A stretch of DNA of 64,000 nucleotides. Origin: Candidatus Woesebacteria bacterium RBG_16_42_24. GTDB taxonomy: Bacteria; Patescibacteriota; Microgenomatia; UBA8517. Within the stretch, counting starts at the first letter, position 1. Every line of letters starts with the position of its first letter. The stretch spans positions 304,705-368,704 of the forward strand of contig MGFX01000001.1 of assembly GCA_001792115.1 (NCBI GenBank). The letters run 5' to 3'. Below the pieces are notes generated by a model that was not told where the DNA came from, did no database searches, and saw only the letters and a list, made by a program, of their open reading frames with translations. The position numbers were made by a program, and so were the translations under genes. Shown here in pieces: positions 10,094 through 19,737 of the stretch.

Positions 10094-10312
10094 TACCTTT
10101 GGAGTCGAAGAAATCATGGGAAAGAATCCAATTTACGATTCTTCTTTCGCCAACCGCGTTATTTAGCGGTTGAGTATTCTTTGCTCCTATAGAATCAGTT
10201 TATCGGGTTCCCGGTAAATCGGATTTCAGTTAATCAGTTGTTCGGGTTAAATATCCAACAAACCGACAATCCGAGATCTGATAACTGACAAGCTGAAAAA
10301 CTGAATTATATT

Positions 10313-11560
10313 ATGACTACATCTGATGACATCAAAATATTGGTAGAAGATTTAAGAAAACAAAGAGAGGCTCTTGATAAAAAGGAAGAAACCTTGAAAA
10401 AAAGAGAAGCGGAGCTAGTTGAAAGATTAGAAAAGGCTTCAGGAATGACTAAAGACGAAGCCTCAAAAATTCTTCTTGATGAGGTTCAGAAAAACTTAAC
10501 TAGCGAAATAGCCAAAAAGGTCCGCGCGGCGGAGGAAAGAGTTAAAGAAGAAGCTAATGAAAAATCCCGCGAAATTTTGGCAGACGCCATGAAACACGGT
10601 GCAACAAGTTATGTGGCTGAATATACGGTTTCATCGGTTACGGTTCCCAACGAAGATGTAAAAGGAAGAATAATCGGGGCCGGAGGAAGAAACATCAGAG
10701 CCTTTGAAAAGGAGACTGGGGTAGAGATAGAACTTGACGAAACAAATGAGATAAGGCTTTCCTCTTTTGACTCTGTAAGAAGGGAAATTGCCAAGAGGGC
10801 TCTTGAGATTTTAATCAGGGATGCCAGGATTCAGCCTTCGAGGATTGAAGAAGTGGTAAGACAGCTAAAGGGCGAGATGGAAGATGTGCTTTTAACTGAG
10901 GGCCGAAATATTGCCCAAGAATGCGGAGTATTTAATTTACCAGTTGAACTTCTAAGTTTAATTGGACGATATAAATTTAGAACGTCTTATGGGCAAAATT
11001 TGGGGTTACATACAATTGAAGAGACTAAAATCGGTATCGCGATTGCCAATGAACTAGGGGCCAAAGTGGATATCGTTAGACTTGGGTGTCTTCTTCACGA
11101 CATCGGAAAAGTTGTTACCGAAGAAGAGGGTACCCACGTTGAGGTTGGGGTTTCTACACTAAAACGCTTCGGCCTTCCCAAAGAGGTGGTGGCGGCCGTT
11201 GCCGAGCACCATGAGGATAAACCTTTCTCATCGGTTGAGTCGGTAATTGTTTGGACGGCTGATGCGATTTCCGGTTCTCGCCCCGGAGCAAGATACGAGC
11301 CGCACGAAGAATACGTCAAAAGAATGAGCAAGATTGAAGAAATAGTTGGAGGTTTTCCGGGGGTGGAATCTGTCATGGCTTTTCAGGCCGGTCGGGACGT
11401 TCGGGTAATCGTAAAACCAGACGAGGTGGACGATGATAGGTTAACCATCCTAGCTCATGATATTGCCCAAAGGTTGGAGAAAGAAACTCAATATGCAGGA
11501 CAAATAAAGGTTACGGCAATCCGAGAAGTAAGGGCAGTCGATACTACAAAAGCGAAATAA
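10313..11560 (+). CDS. rny: Ribonuclease Y (no N-terminal TM anchor)
   Basis: KH motif KGRIIGAGGRNIR, HD motif LLHDIGK, ADAISGSRPGAR, QAGRDVRV; recA-recX-rny synteny. Confidence 0.97.
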   Translation: MTTSDDIKILVEDLRKQREALDKKEETLKKREAELVERLEKASGMTKDEASKILLDEVQKNLTSEIAKKVRAAEERVKEEANEKSREILADAMKHGATSYVAEYTVSSVTVPNEDVKGRIIGAGGRNIRAFEKETGVEIELDETNEIRLSSFDSVRREIAKRALEILIRDARIQPSRIEEVVRQLKGEMEDVLLTEGRNIAQECGVFNLPVELLSLIGRYKFRTSYGQNLGLHTIEETKIGIAIANELGAKVDIVRLGCLLHDIGKVVTEEEGTHVEVGVSTLKRFGLPKEVVAAVAEHHEDKPFSSVESVIVWTADAISGSRPGARYEPHEEYVKRMSKIEEIVGGFPGVESVMAFQAGRDVRVIVKPDEVDDDRLTILAHDIAQRLEKETQYAGQIKVTAIREVRAVDTTKAK

Positions 11561-11581
11561 ACTTCGAAAAGACCCAAATAC

Positions 11582-11610
11582 TTGACAAATTTTAAGTATT
11601 ACCATAATAT
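11582..11610 (+). promoter_or_regulatory. Promoter of hup
   Basis: TTGACA-17 nt-TAATAT, 9 nt before the ATG. Confidence 0.7.
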
Positions 11611-11619
11611 CAGCGGGAA

Positions 11620-11895
11620 ATGACGAAGAGGGAATTAATCGAGCAAGTTGCCCGAAAAGCCCATCTCACCAAAAGGGCAGCTGTGGAAGCTGTCGAGGTA
11701 TTTTTGGACGAAGTCGGACGCGTTCTCTCCAAAGGCGAAAAAGTGGTTCTTTCTGGATTCGGAACCTTTAGGGTTATATCAATGAAGGGTAAAACCGTCA
11801 AAATCCCCAAGACGGATAAGCTCGTTACAATCAAATCTCACCGTTCTCCCAGATTTACTCCGGGGAAGAAACTCAAAAGGCAAGTATTAAGATAA
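11620..11895 (+). CDS. hup: HU family DNA-binding protein
   Basis: MTKRELIEQVA, LSGFGTF, PRFTPGKKLK. Confidence 0.93.
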   Translation: MTKRELIEQVARKAHLTKRAAVEAVEVFLDEVGRVLSKGEKVVLSGFGTFRVISMKGKTVKIPKTDKLVTIKSHRSPRFTPGKKLKRQVLR

Positions 11896-11987
11896 TCTCC
11901 AGTCTCCAAATTCCACTTTAGAAACTTGTTAATTAACTGGAATCTGGAAAATGGAAACTGGAAATTTGCCAGAGTATACTTGGCTTA

Positions 11988-12986
11988 ATGGACAAGGCAA
12001 TTTTGGTTGACCACTTAGTCAAAAATTTCGAAGTCACCGAAAAAACGCCGGGACTAATGGGTGCTTTCTCGACGCTTCTCTCGCCGAAAAAGAAAGTTGT
12101 CAGGGCCTTAAAAGACATCTCTTTTAGCGTAAGTAAGGGAGAATTGGTGGGTTTTATCGGCCCAAACGGAGCCGGGAAAACCACGACTTTAAAAGTCTTA
12201 TCCGGACTTTTGTATCCGACAGCCGGAATTACGCAGGTTTTGGGATTTGACCCCTGGGAAAGGCGCCCCGAATATCTCAAACGGATTTCGCTTGTGATGG
12301 GACAGAAGAACCAACTTTGGTGGGACCTTCCTGCAATTGAAACATTTGAACTAAATCGCGCGATTTACGAAATCCCCAAGAAAGTTTATAAAGAGTCTTT
12401 GGATGAGCTAGTAACACTTCTTGAGGTAGAGAAACTTCTCAACATTCAAGTCAGGAGGCTTTCTTTGGGACAAAGGATGAGGTTAGAACTCGTCGCAGCA
12501 CTGCTTCACCAGCCGGAAATTCTTTTTTTGGACGAGCCGACAATTGGGCTTGACCTTGTTGCCCAAGAAAAAATAAGGAATTTCATTTACGATTACAATC
12601 GTAAACACTCTGCCACAATTCTTCTGACTTCCCACAACATGGATGACGTAATTGATTTGGCAAGACGCGTGATTGTAATCGATGACGGTCGAATTATTTT
12701 TGATGGAATACTCGACGAGCTAATTGCACGGTTTGCAAAAGAAAAAATTATCAAATTGACTTTAACTAAAGAAATCGACACCAAAGAGCTTGAAAAAATT
12801 GGAAAGGTCAAAAGCATCCAGTTTCCAGAAGTTATTTTAAGAGTTCCCCGATCCGCAGCTGCAGTTGCCGCTTCCGAACTTTTGCAAAGCTTCCCGGTGG
12901 GAGATTTAACGATAGAAGAGGAAGACATAGAGGACGTCATTCGGGTGGTTTTTCGAGGGGAAGCCAAAAAGCTCTCCCGAAAATGA
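11988..12986 (+). CDS. ABC transporter ATP-binding protein
   Basis: GPNGAGKTT, LSLGQRM, LDEPTIGLD, TSH. Confidence 0.95.
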   Translation: MDKAILVDHLVKNFEVTEKTPGLMGAFSTLLSPKKKVVRALKDISFSVSKGELVGFIGPNGAGKTTTLKVLSGLLYPTAGITQVLGFDPWERRPEYLKRISLVMGQKNQLWWDLPAIETFELNRAIYEIPKKVYKESLDELVTLLEVEKLLNIQVRRLSLGQRMRLELVAALLHQPEILFLDEPTIGLDLVAQEKIRNFIYDYNRKHSATILLTSHNMDDVIDLARRVIVIDDGRIIFDGILDELIARFAKEKIIKLTLTKEIDTKELEKIGKVKSIQFPEVILRVPRSAAAVAASELLQSFPVGDLTIEEEDIEDVIRVVFRGEAKKLSRK

Positions 12987-13786
12987 AAAAATATTTATCC
13001 GTCTTTAAAATTTCCTTCGCCCAGGAATTCGCCTACCGCTTAAATTTCATTATGTGGAGGGTGAGAAATGTCATGCAGATTATCTTGGTGTTTTTCCTTT
13101 GGGATACAGTTTTTTCAAACCCTGGAAGAGTTCTGTTTGGGTACGACAGGGCAAAAATTCTGACATATGTCTTCGGAATAATGATTGTTAAATCCCTGGT
13201 ATTATCAGCAAGGGCAGCAGACGTGGCTGGAGATATTTACAGAGGCGACATAATGAATCACCTTCTAAAACCCATGAGCTATTTTAAATTTTGGTTTACA
13301 AGAGATATATCCAGTAAAGCGCTAAATCTTCTATTTGCCGTTGGGGAATTTGCATTTCTTTTTATAATCTTAAGGCCACCGTTTTTTTTACAGACCGACC
13401 TATTGGCACTTTTCGGATTTTTCTTATCTATAGCCTTGGCAATTTTTATTTACTTTAACCTTCTTTTTATGACTAGTTCTATCCCGTTTTGGGCGCCAGA
13501 GCTCGGTTGGGGTTCGCACTTTTTGATAACGGCAATAGTTATAGAATTTTTGTCGGGATCATTATTCCCAATCGATATTCTGCCACTCACGATTCAGAAA
13601 ATATTATTCATATCGCCATTTCCGTATCTCATCTTTTTTCCCATACAAGTTTATCTGGGAAGGATTTCGGGGAGCGTCCTATTGGGCGGTTTAGCAATAT
13701 CCCTTTTCTGGGCCATAACTCTCTGGCTAGTTATGAATTTTATTTGGAATAAGGGACTGCGTGCTTATCAGGCATCTGGAAGATGA
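12983..13786 (+). CDS. ABC-2 family permease
   Basis: Hydrophobic; LSGSLFPID, PFPYLIFFP, AYQASG; ATGA overlap with the ATPase gene. Confidence 0.88.
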   Translation: MKKYLSVFKISFAQEFAYRLNFIMWRVRNVMQIILVFFLWDTVFSNPGRVLFGYDRAKILTYVFGIMIVKSLVLSARAADVAGDIYRGDIMNHLLKPMSYFKFWFTRDISSKALNLLFAVGEFAFLFIILRPPFFLQTDLLALFGFFLSIALAIFIYFNLLFMTSSIPFWAPELGWGSHFLITAIVIEFLSGSLFPIDILPLTIQKILFISPFPYLIFFPIQVYLGRISGSVLLGGLAISLFWAITLWLVMNFIWNKGLRAYQASGR

Positions 13787-14571
13787 AAAAGATTTTGCGA
13801 TACCTAAATATCTGGTGGATAATGAGCAGGAATTCTTTTTCTATCTTTCTTTCCCTAAAGCTTTCGTTTTTAATCTTTTTAACAGGAAAAATCTTGAGAT
13901 TCATTTTTTTCATTTCATTTCTTTTCTTTATACTTCAGGGAACAAAAACATTAGCGGGTTACACAAGCAACCAAGCAATCTTCTTTTTTCTTACTTTCAA
14001 TTTGGTGGATGTAATGGCGCAGTTTCTCTTTAGGGAAGCTTATAGGTTTAGACCTCTTGTGGTTTCGGGCGATTTCGACTTAATTTTGGTAAAACCGGTG
14101 AACGCACTTTTCAGAGTTTTGATGGGGGGGGCAGATGTTCTGGATTTGATCACAATCCCGCCGATTATTTTCGCGGTCTATTATGTAGGTAGACTTCTTT
14201 CCCCCACAACAGCACACACTGTCCTTTTTCTACTTCTTATCATTAATGGTCTCCTCATCGCCACCGCTTTCCACATAGCAGTTTTGGCGTTGGGAATTAT
14301 TACCCTAGAGGTGGACCACACAATAATGATTTATAGGGATATAACAAACTTGGGTCGTTTCCCTGTAGATATTTATAAGCAGCCTTTGCAGGGAATTCTT
14401 ACCTATTTGATTCCGGTTGGGATTATGGTTACTCTTCCGGCAAAAGCGTTAATGGGATTGGTTACTCCATGGGGTATTGTGTCCTCCTTTGTACTAGGAA
14501 TAGTTGCTATTATTTTATCTTTGCGTTTTTGGAGCTTTGCCCTGACCAAATACTCAAGCGCAAGTAGCTAA
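13783..14571 (+). CDS. ABC-2 family permease
   Basis: GDFDLILVKP, GRFPVDIY, YSSASS; ATGA overlap. Confidence 0.88.
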   Translation: MKKILRYLNIWWIMSRNSFSIFLSLKLSFLIFLTGKILRFIFFISFLFFILQGTKTLAGYTSNQAIFFFLTFNLVDVMAQFLFREAYRFRPLVVSGDFDLILVKPVNALFRVLMGGADVLDLITIPPIIFAVYYVGRLLSPTTAHTVLFLLLIINGLLIATAFHIAVLALGIITLEVDHTIMIYRDITNLGRFPVDIYKQPLQGILTYLIPVGIMVTLPAKALMGLVTPWGIVSSFVLGIVAIILSLRFWSFALTKYSSASS

Positions 14572-14572
14572 G

Positions 14573-15583
14573 ATGAAAAAACTTTTAGTTATAGTAGGGC
14601 CGACAGCGATTGGTAAAACCTCATTGGCTATCGCCCTTGCCAAGAAATTTAATGGGGAGGTAATATCCGCCGATTCGAGACAGGTTTATAAAGGGATGGA
14701 CATTGGGACAGGAAAGGACCTGTCCCGAAATTCCAAATTCCAACGAGAAAGTCGGTTACTCTTTCCAAATTCCAAATTAGAATTTAGAAATTTGGGTTTA
14801 GGATTTTACACCGTAAGCGGTGTACGAATTTGGGGTTATGATTTAGTCGAGCCCAAAAAGGATTTCAGCGTTGCCCAGTATATAAAAATTGTTCGAGTAA
14901 TTATTGACGACATTTTTGCAAGGGGAAAGCTCGTTATTCTGACTGGCGGAACCGGGCTTTATATAGAAGCATTAATAGATGGAATTGAAACGGTTTCGAT
15001 CCCGCCAAACCCTAAGCTTAGAAAATCTTTGTCCGAGAAAACTCGCGATGAACTTTTTGATACCTTAGCGCACATTGACCCGATAAAGGCGGCCTCGCTT
15101 AACTCCTCCGATAGAAAGAACCCTAGAAGACTTATCCGTGCAATTGAGATTGCCCTACAAAACTCAACCGCGAAGCGGGTTATTCTAACTCCAAAACTCC
15201 AAAAATCGAAACTTGATGCAAATACGCTTTTTATTGGACTTACTGCACCGAAGGAGTTTCTGTTCAATAATATCGAAAAAAGAGTTGAGGAAAGAGTTAG
15301 GGGAGGCATAAAAAAAGAGATTGAAGAACTTCTTGGCAAAGGTGTTTCATGGAAGGATCAATCGATGAGCTCTCTTGGATATAGAGAATGGAAAAGTTAT
15401 TTTGAGAGTAATGCAGCCGACGCTGAAGCAATTGAAAATTGGAAGAAGGAGGAAAATAAATATGCCAAAAGGCAGCTTACCTGGTTTAAACGTGATAAGA
15501 GGATAGGGTGGTTTGATGTAACAGATGCTGGTTGGCAAAGAAACGTGGAATTTATGGTCGAAAAATGGTACATTTCTAGATAA
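14573..15583 (+). CDS. miaA: tRNA dimethylallyltransferase
   Basis: GPTAIGKT, SADSRQVYKGMDIGTGK, GGTGLYI, YAKRQLTWF. Confidence 0.97.
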   Translation: MKKLLVIVGPTAIGKTSLAIALAKKFNGEVISADSRQVYKGMDIGTGKDLSRNSKFQRESRLLFPNSKLEFRNLGLGFYTVSGVRIWGYDLVEPKKDFSVAQYIKIVRVIIDDIFARGKLVILTGGTGLYIEALIDGIETVSIPPNPKLRKSLSEKTRDELFDTLAHIDPIKAASLNSSDRKNPRRLIRAIEIALQNSTAKRVILTPKLQKSKLDANTLFIGLTAPKEFLFNNIEKRVEERVRGGIKKEIEELLGKGVSWKDQSMSSLGYREWKSYFESNAADAEAIENWKKEENKYAKRQLTWFKRDKRIGWFDVTDAGWQRNVEFMVEKWYISR

Positions 15584-15585
15584 CC

Positions 15586-16563
15586 ATGCCACGTAAGATT
15601 GAAATTTCTCACAGAACGATAGTTTTCATGGTCCTTTTCTTACTATTCCTGTGGCTTTTATATCTAATCCGAGACATTATTTTGGAATTTTTTGTTGCAC
15701 TTTTAATCATGGCAATATTGGATCCGACAGTTACACGCTTTTCTAGATTTAAAATTCCCCGTGCAATCTCGGTACTAGTTGTTTATATTCTGTCAATTGG
15801 TCTTATTTCACTAACCATTGGGGCCATAATCCCGCCGTTAGTTGAGCAAACAGCGGCATTTGCCGTTGGACTTCCGAAATACCTAGCCAACCTTGGAGTT
15901 TCTCGGTTTGTTAGCGACGAAATTGTGAGGCAACTACTTAACCAAATTGGAATTATTCCGGCACAAGCTCTTAAAATCGGAATTTCTATTTTCTCAAACG
16001 TATTAGGAGTACTAACCGTCTTAATACTTGCTTTTTATCTTCTTTTGACCCGAGATAAATTGGACGAGGCTTTGGGATTCTTTTTTGGAGACGACAGGAG
16101 AAAAGAAGCAATTAAGCTCGTCGACGTTTTGGAACAAAAACTTGGAGGTTGGGCCAGAGGAGAGCTTGCCCTTATGGTACTGGTTGGGGTTTCTACTTAT
16201 TTCGGGTTAATTCTTCTCGGAATTCCATTTGCGCTCCCTTTGGCCCTTCTTGCGGGGCTACTTGAAATTGTTCCTTATGTAGGGCCGATAATTTCTGCAA
16301 TACCCTCTGTTATTATCGGACTCGGCATCTCCCCCATAATAGGCCTTGCGACGGCTGCACTCTATTTTCTGATACAGCAAGTCGAGAATTATGTATTTGT
16401 GCCAAAAGTTATGGAAAAATCGGTTGGGGTTTCCCCGATTATCACTCTTTTAGCCCTTGCGGTTGGATTTAGATTAGCCGGAGTCGTAGGAATTGTAATG
16501 TCTGTTCCTGTTGTAATCTCCATCCAAGTAATAGTTGCGCGATATCTTCTAACGAAAGAGTAA
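15586..16563 (+). CDS. AI-2E (PerM/TqsA) family transporter
   Basis: LEIVPYVGP, QQVENYVFVPKVM, GVSP motifs. Confidence 0.92.
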   Translation: MPRKIEISHRTIVFMVLFLLFLWLLYLIRDIILEFFVALLIMAILDPTVTRFSRFKIPRAISVLVVYILSIGLISLTIGAIIPPLVEQTAAFAVGLPKYLANLGVSRFVSDEIVRQLLNQIGIIPAQALKIGISIFSNVLGVLTVLILAFYLLLTRDKLDEALGFFFGDDRRKEAIKLVDVLEQKLGGWARGELALMVLVGVSTYFGLILLGIPFALPLALLAGLLEIVPYVGPIISAIPSVIIGLGISPIIGLATAALYFLIQQVENYVFVPKVMEKSVGVSPIITLLALAVGFRLAGVVGIVMSVPVVISIQVIVARYLLTKE

Positions 16564-16589
16564 CATTTCTGGAAAAAAGGCGATCTTTC

Positions 16590-16598
16590 TGCTATAAT
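16590..16598 (+). promoter_or_regulatory. Extended -10 promoter of rnpB
   Basis: TGCTATAAT 6 nt before the RNA 5' stem. Confidence 0.75.
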
Positions 16599-16604
16599 GC
16601 TTTC

Positions 16605-16935
16605 GCTCTGGAGGAAGGACGACTAGGACGTACACATTTGCTCAAAGCAAATTGTTACGTTCAGGAAAGTCCAGGCAGCAGAAGGCAGGGTGGTCGCCGC
16701 AAGGCGACACCCCGTTAGATAGCCGTAAGCGGCACCTAATGGGGCTAGTTAGAGCCACAGAGACTATGTCGATCTCGCCACTTAAAATGTGGCGGACACG
16801 AGTGAAAAGGGGCAATCCTCCCCGCTGCAACCTCCGAATAGGACGTTATCAGGAGCCTTCCCGAGTCCTGAAGTTTGAGGGCATAGATGGATTGTCGTTT
16901 AAAAACAGAACCTGGCTTACTCTACCCTCCAGAGC
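16605..16935 (+). ncRNA. rnpB: RNase P RNA
   Basis: GGAAAGTCCAGGC, GCCACAGAGA, GTGAAAAGGGGCAATCCTCCCCGCTGCAA, ACAGAACCTGGCTTA; terminal P1 GCTCTGGAGG/CCTCCAGAGC. Confidence 0.95.
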
Positions 16936-16938
16936 ACG

Positions 16939-16969
16939 AAAGCGGCTCGCCAAAGGCGAGCCTTTTTCG
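16939..16969 (+). terminator. Rho-independent terminator after rnpB
   Basis: GGCTCGCC-AAA-GGCGAGCC-TTTTT. Confidence 0.85.
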
Positions 16970-16982
16970 TTTGTGTAAAGAC

Positions 16983-17011
16983 TTGATTCTTCGTGAAAAA
17001 TTGGTCAGAAT
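16983..17011 (+). promoter_or_regulatory. Putative sigma70 promoter
   Basis: TTGATT-17 nt-CAGAAT. Confidence 0.5.
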
Positions 17012-17152
17012 GGTGGTTAGGGTCTTCTAAATAAAGGGGGCTTGCCCCCCGTAGCCGTATTAGTAATGAGACCCTCCTCCGCCAAGGCTACGGAAGGGTT
17101 CGCCCGTTATTTTTAATAGAATGAGCGGAGGGCGAAGGGGGGTGAGAAACTT

Positions 17153-17836
17153 TTGAACGCATTTTCTTCATGGCAAACAGCACTTCTTATTTCCTGGGGT
17201 GAGGTTTGGACAAGTTTTGTCAGGATTCTACCAAGCCTCTTGGGCGCAATCGTAGTTTTTGCAATAGGCTTAGTCTTGGCCTATTGGGTAAAAAGATTGA
17301 TAGTTCAGGGGCTGAAATTGATTCAATTCGAGAAGCTTTCTGGATTGGTAGGGGTGGATAGGTATCTTGCCAAAGCCGAGATTAGACTATCTTTCACAGA
17401 ACTTTTGGGGACAATTGTTGAATGGATTATAGTTTTGGTATTTTTCTTGGCGGTTGTCGATATTTTGGGTCTTTCGGCGGTATCGATGGTACTTGCACAA
17501 GTCCTTGGCTATATTCCGAACGTATTGGCTGCTGCTCTTATTTTTGCAGCAGGATATTTCGTAGCCGGGCTGGTTGATACTCTCGTTCGGGGGGCTTTGG
17601 TTTCTGTGGATCATGAACTCGCCAAACCGGTTGGAAGATTATCAAGGTGGGTAATATTAATAATTGCCTTTTTTGCCGCGGTCGACCAATTGCAAATTGC
17701 CCGGGGGTTAATCTCGACATTTTTCCAAGGACTTACTTATACAGTTGTTTTGATAGTTGGGCTTTCGGTGGGCCTTGGAGCAAAGGATTTGGTTTCGAAG
17801 ATTTTGACCGATTGGTACGAGAAGATTAGGAAATAG
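17153..17836 (+). CDS. TM-helix-repeat protein (CmpX / MscS N-terminal-like)
   Basis: LPSLLGAIVV, YIPNVLAAALI, GLSVGLGAKD; SD AGGGGGGTGA; TTG start. Confidence 0.85.
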   Translation: MNAFSSWQTALLISWGEVWTSFVRILPSLLGAIVVFAIGLVLAYWVKRLIVQGLKLIQFEKLSGLVGVDRYLAKAEIRLSFTELLGTIVEWIIVLVFFLAVVDILGLSAVSMVLAQVLGYIPNVLAAALIFAAGYFVAGLVDTLVRGALVSVDHELAKPVGRLSRWVILIIAFFAAVDQLQIARGLISTFFQGLTYTVVLIVGLSVGLGAKDLVSKILTDWYEKIRK

Positions 17837-18056
17837 GCTTTTGGATATTTTTTAATATTAAACTCCTTCGACAGGAGCAATGGTACTTTCTTTGCTTGCC
17901 CAAAACAATATATTACTTTCTTGCTCACCCAAGGTTGCACTCGCTCGTCTCGTCGTGGTAGCTGCGTTCAATGGGTTTTATACGAGGTGAATTTAAAAAG
18001 TGCTCCTAACAATTACAAAATCAAGATAAAATGGGTATAATCGATATTAGCTGCCC

Positions 18057-19736
18057 ATGAAATTACCCATCGAAACTCTCAAGCAGATTGTTGTTGGGAG
18101 CGGTTTTGTTACAGAGAGAGATTTTACCGAAGCGGCGACCTCGGCAGTTGATTTAGGAAGACACGTAGAAGACGTCTTAATTTTTAGGGGACTGATAAGT
18201 GAAGACGCGCTTTCAAAGCTTATTGCCGAGCACACAAAGGTTCCCCACGCTGCCATCACCCGTCAGATTATCCCCGACGAGATTCTAGCCCTTATTCCAG
18301 AGAAAATGGCGCGCACGTATCGTATGGTTCCCTTTGGCAAAAAAGAGGGTAGTCTAGCGCTTGCCATGGAAAACCCCGAGGACTTTGAGGCTTTGGAATT
18401 TGCCAAGCGCCACTCGAGACTAAAGGTGACTCCGCACTTTGCTTCGGCAAATGAGATAAGGCAAGCGCTGGGACAATATAAAAGGAATATCAGGGCCGAT
18501 TTTGACAAGATAATTGCCGAGAATGTCAAAAAGGCCTCAGCCGGAGAAAATCTGATTAAAGCGGCTGAGGAGCTTCCGATAATCAAAGTTTTGGATACAA
18601 TTCTAATGTACGCAATCTCCGAGCGTGCTTCCGATATTCACATAGAGACACAGGAAAAAGAAGTGATAGTACGCCTAAGGGTCGACGGGGTATTAAGAGA
18701 TATTTTGAAGCTTCCTAGGGGTATTGAGGATTCTTTGGTTGCTAGAATAAAAATTCTTTCAAACCTCAAAATTGATGAACATAGAATTCCCCAAGACGGC
18801 CGTCACAAATTTACAATCGACGAAGACGTTATTGCCCTAAGAATTTCAATTATTCCTGGTTTTTACGGGGAAAATGTGGTGATGAGACTTCTTCCCGAGT
18901 CGACCCGACCTCAGAGTTTAGAGGAATTGGGAGTGATGGGTAAAAATTTGGAAATTCTTAACGGCAATTTCAAAAAACCTCACGGAATGATACTGGTTAC
19001 AGGGCCTACCGGAAGTGGAAAGACTACAACTCTTTATGCGATTCTAAATATTTTAAACACGGTTAGGGTAAATATTTGTACGATCGAAGATCCGATTGAA
19101 TACGGAATGAATAGAATTACCCAAATCCAAGTTAATACCAAGGCTGGGTTGGATTTTGCAGCGGGCTTGAGAGCTCTTCTAAGGCACGACCCCAACATAA
19201 TTATGGTAGGAGAAATTAGAGACGAAGAAACTGCAAAAATCGCCGTACACTCGGCTCTCACCGGGCATTTGGTTCTTTCCACTCTTCACACAAACGACGC
19301 GGCCGGAGCAATACCCAGGTTTCTTGATATGGGAGTAGAGGGGTATTTGGTTGCCTCAACAGTAAATGCAATTGTTGCCCAAAGACTCATAAGGAAAATT
19401 TGTCCGAACTGCATAGTCGAGTACGCACCCGAAAGGGTAGTTATTACCAGACTTACCGAGGAATTGGGGATCGACCTTAAGAGCCAGAAATTTTATAAAG
19501 GCCAGGGTTGTGAAGAGTGTCATATGAGTGGATTTCTAGGAAGGATTGGGATTTATGAAGTTTTGTCGGTTACCGAGGGTATTAGAGCCTTAACTTCCGA
19601 AAAGTCATCAGCGGATAAAATTCAAAAACTGGCAGTTTCCGAGGGCCTTATCACCATGCTTCACGACGGAATAAATAAGGTTGCCGCGGGATTGACTACA
19701 ATTGAGGAGGTTTTAAAAGCCGTGAAAGAAGATTAA
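18057..19736 (+). CDS. pilB: Type IV pilus / T2SS assembly ATPase (PilB/GspE)
   Basis: ASDIHIE, PQDG, GPTGSGKTT, TIEDPIE, LRHDPNIIMVGEIRD, CxxC...CxxC, GRIGIYE. Confidence 0.95.
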   Translation: MKLPIETLKQIVVGSGFVTERDFTEAATSAVDLGRHVEDVLIFRGLISEDALSKLIAEHTKVPHAAITRQIIPDEILALIPEKMARTYRMVPFGKKEGSLALAMENPEDFEALEFAKRHSRLKVTPHFASANEIRQALGQYKRNIRADFDKIIAENVKKASAGENLIKAAEELPIIKVLDTILMYAISERASDIHIETQEKEVIVRLRVDGVLRDILKLPRGIEDSLVARIKILSNLKIDEHRIPQDGRHKFTIDEDVIALRISIIPGFYGENVVMRLLPESTRPQSLEELGVMGKNLEILNGNFKKPHGMILVTGPTGSGKTTTLYAILNILNTVRVNICTIEDPIEYGMNRITQIQVNTKAGLDFAAGLRALLRHDPNIIMVGEIRDEETAKIAVHSALTGHLVLSTLHTNDAAGAIPRFLDMGVEGYLVASTVNAIVAQRLIRKICPNCIVEYAPERVVITRLTEELGIDLKSQKFYKGQGCEECHMSGFLGRIGIYEVLSVTEGIRALTSEKSSADKIQKLAVSEGLITMLHDGINKVAAGLTTIEEVLKAVKED

Positions 19737-19737
19737 A

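Noticed and set aside
9975-10166. 63-aa ORF upstream of rny
   Set aside because: Spans the predicted promoter and structured leader; no recognisable features
16642-16978. ORFs 16652-16978 (+) and 16642-16830 (-)
   Set aside because: They overlap the RNase P RNA and its terminator; spurious
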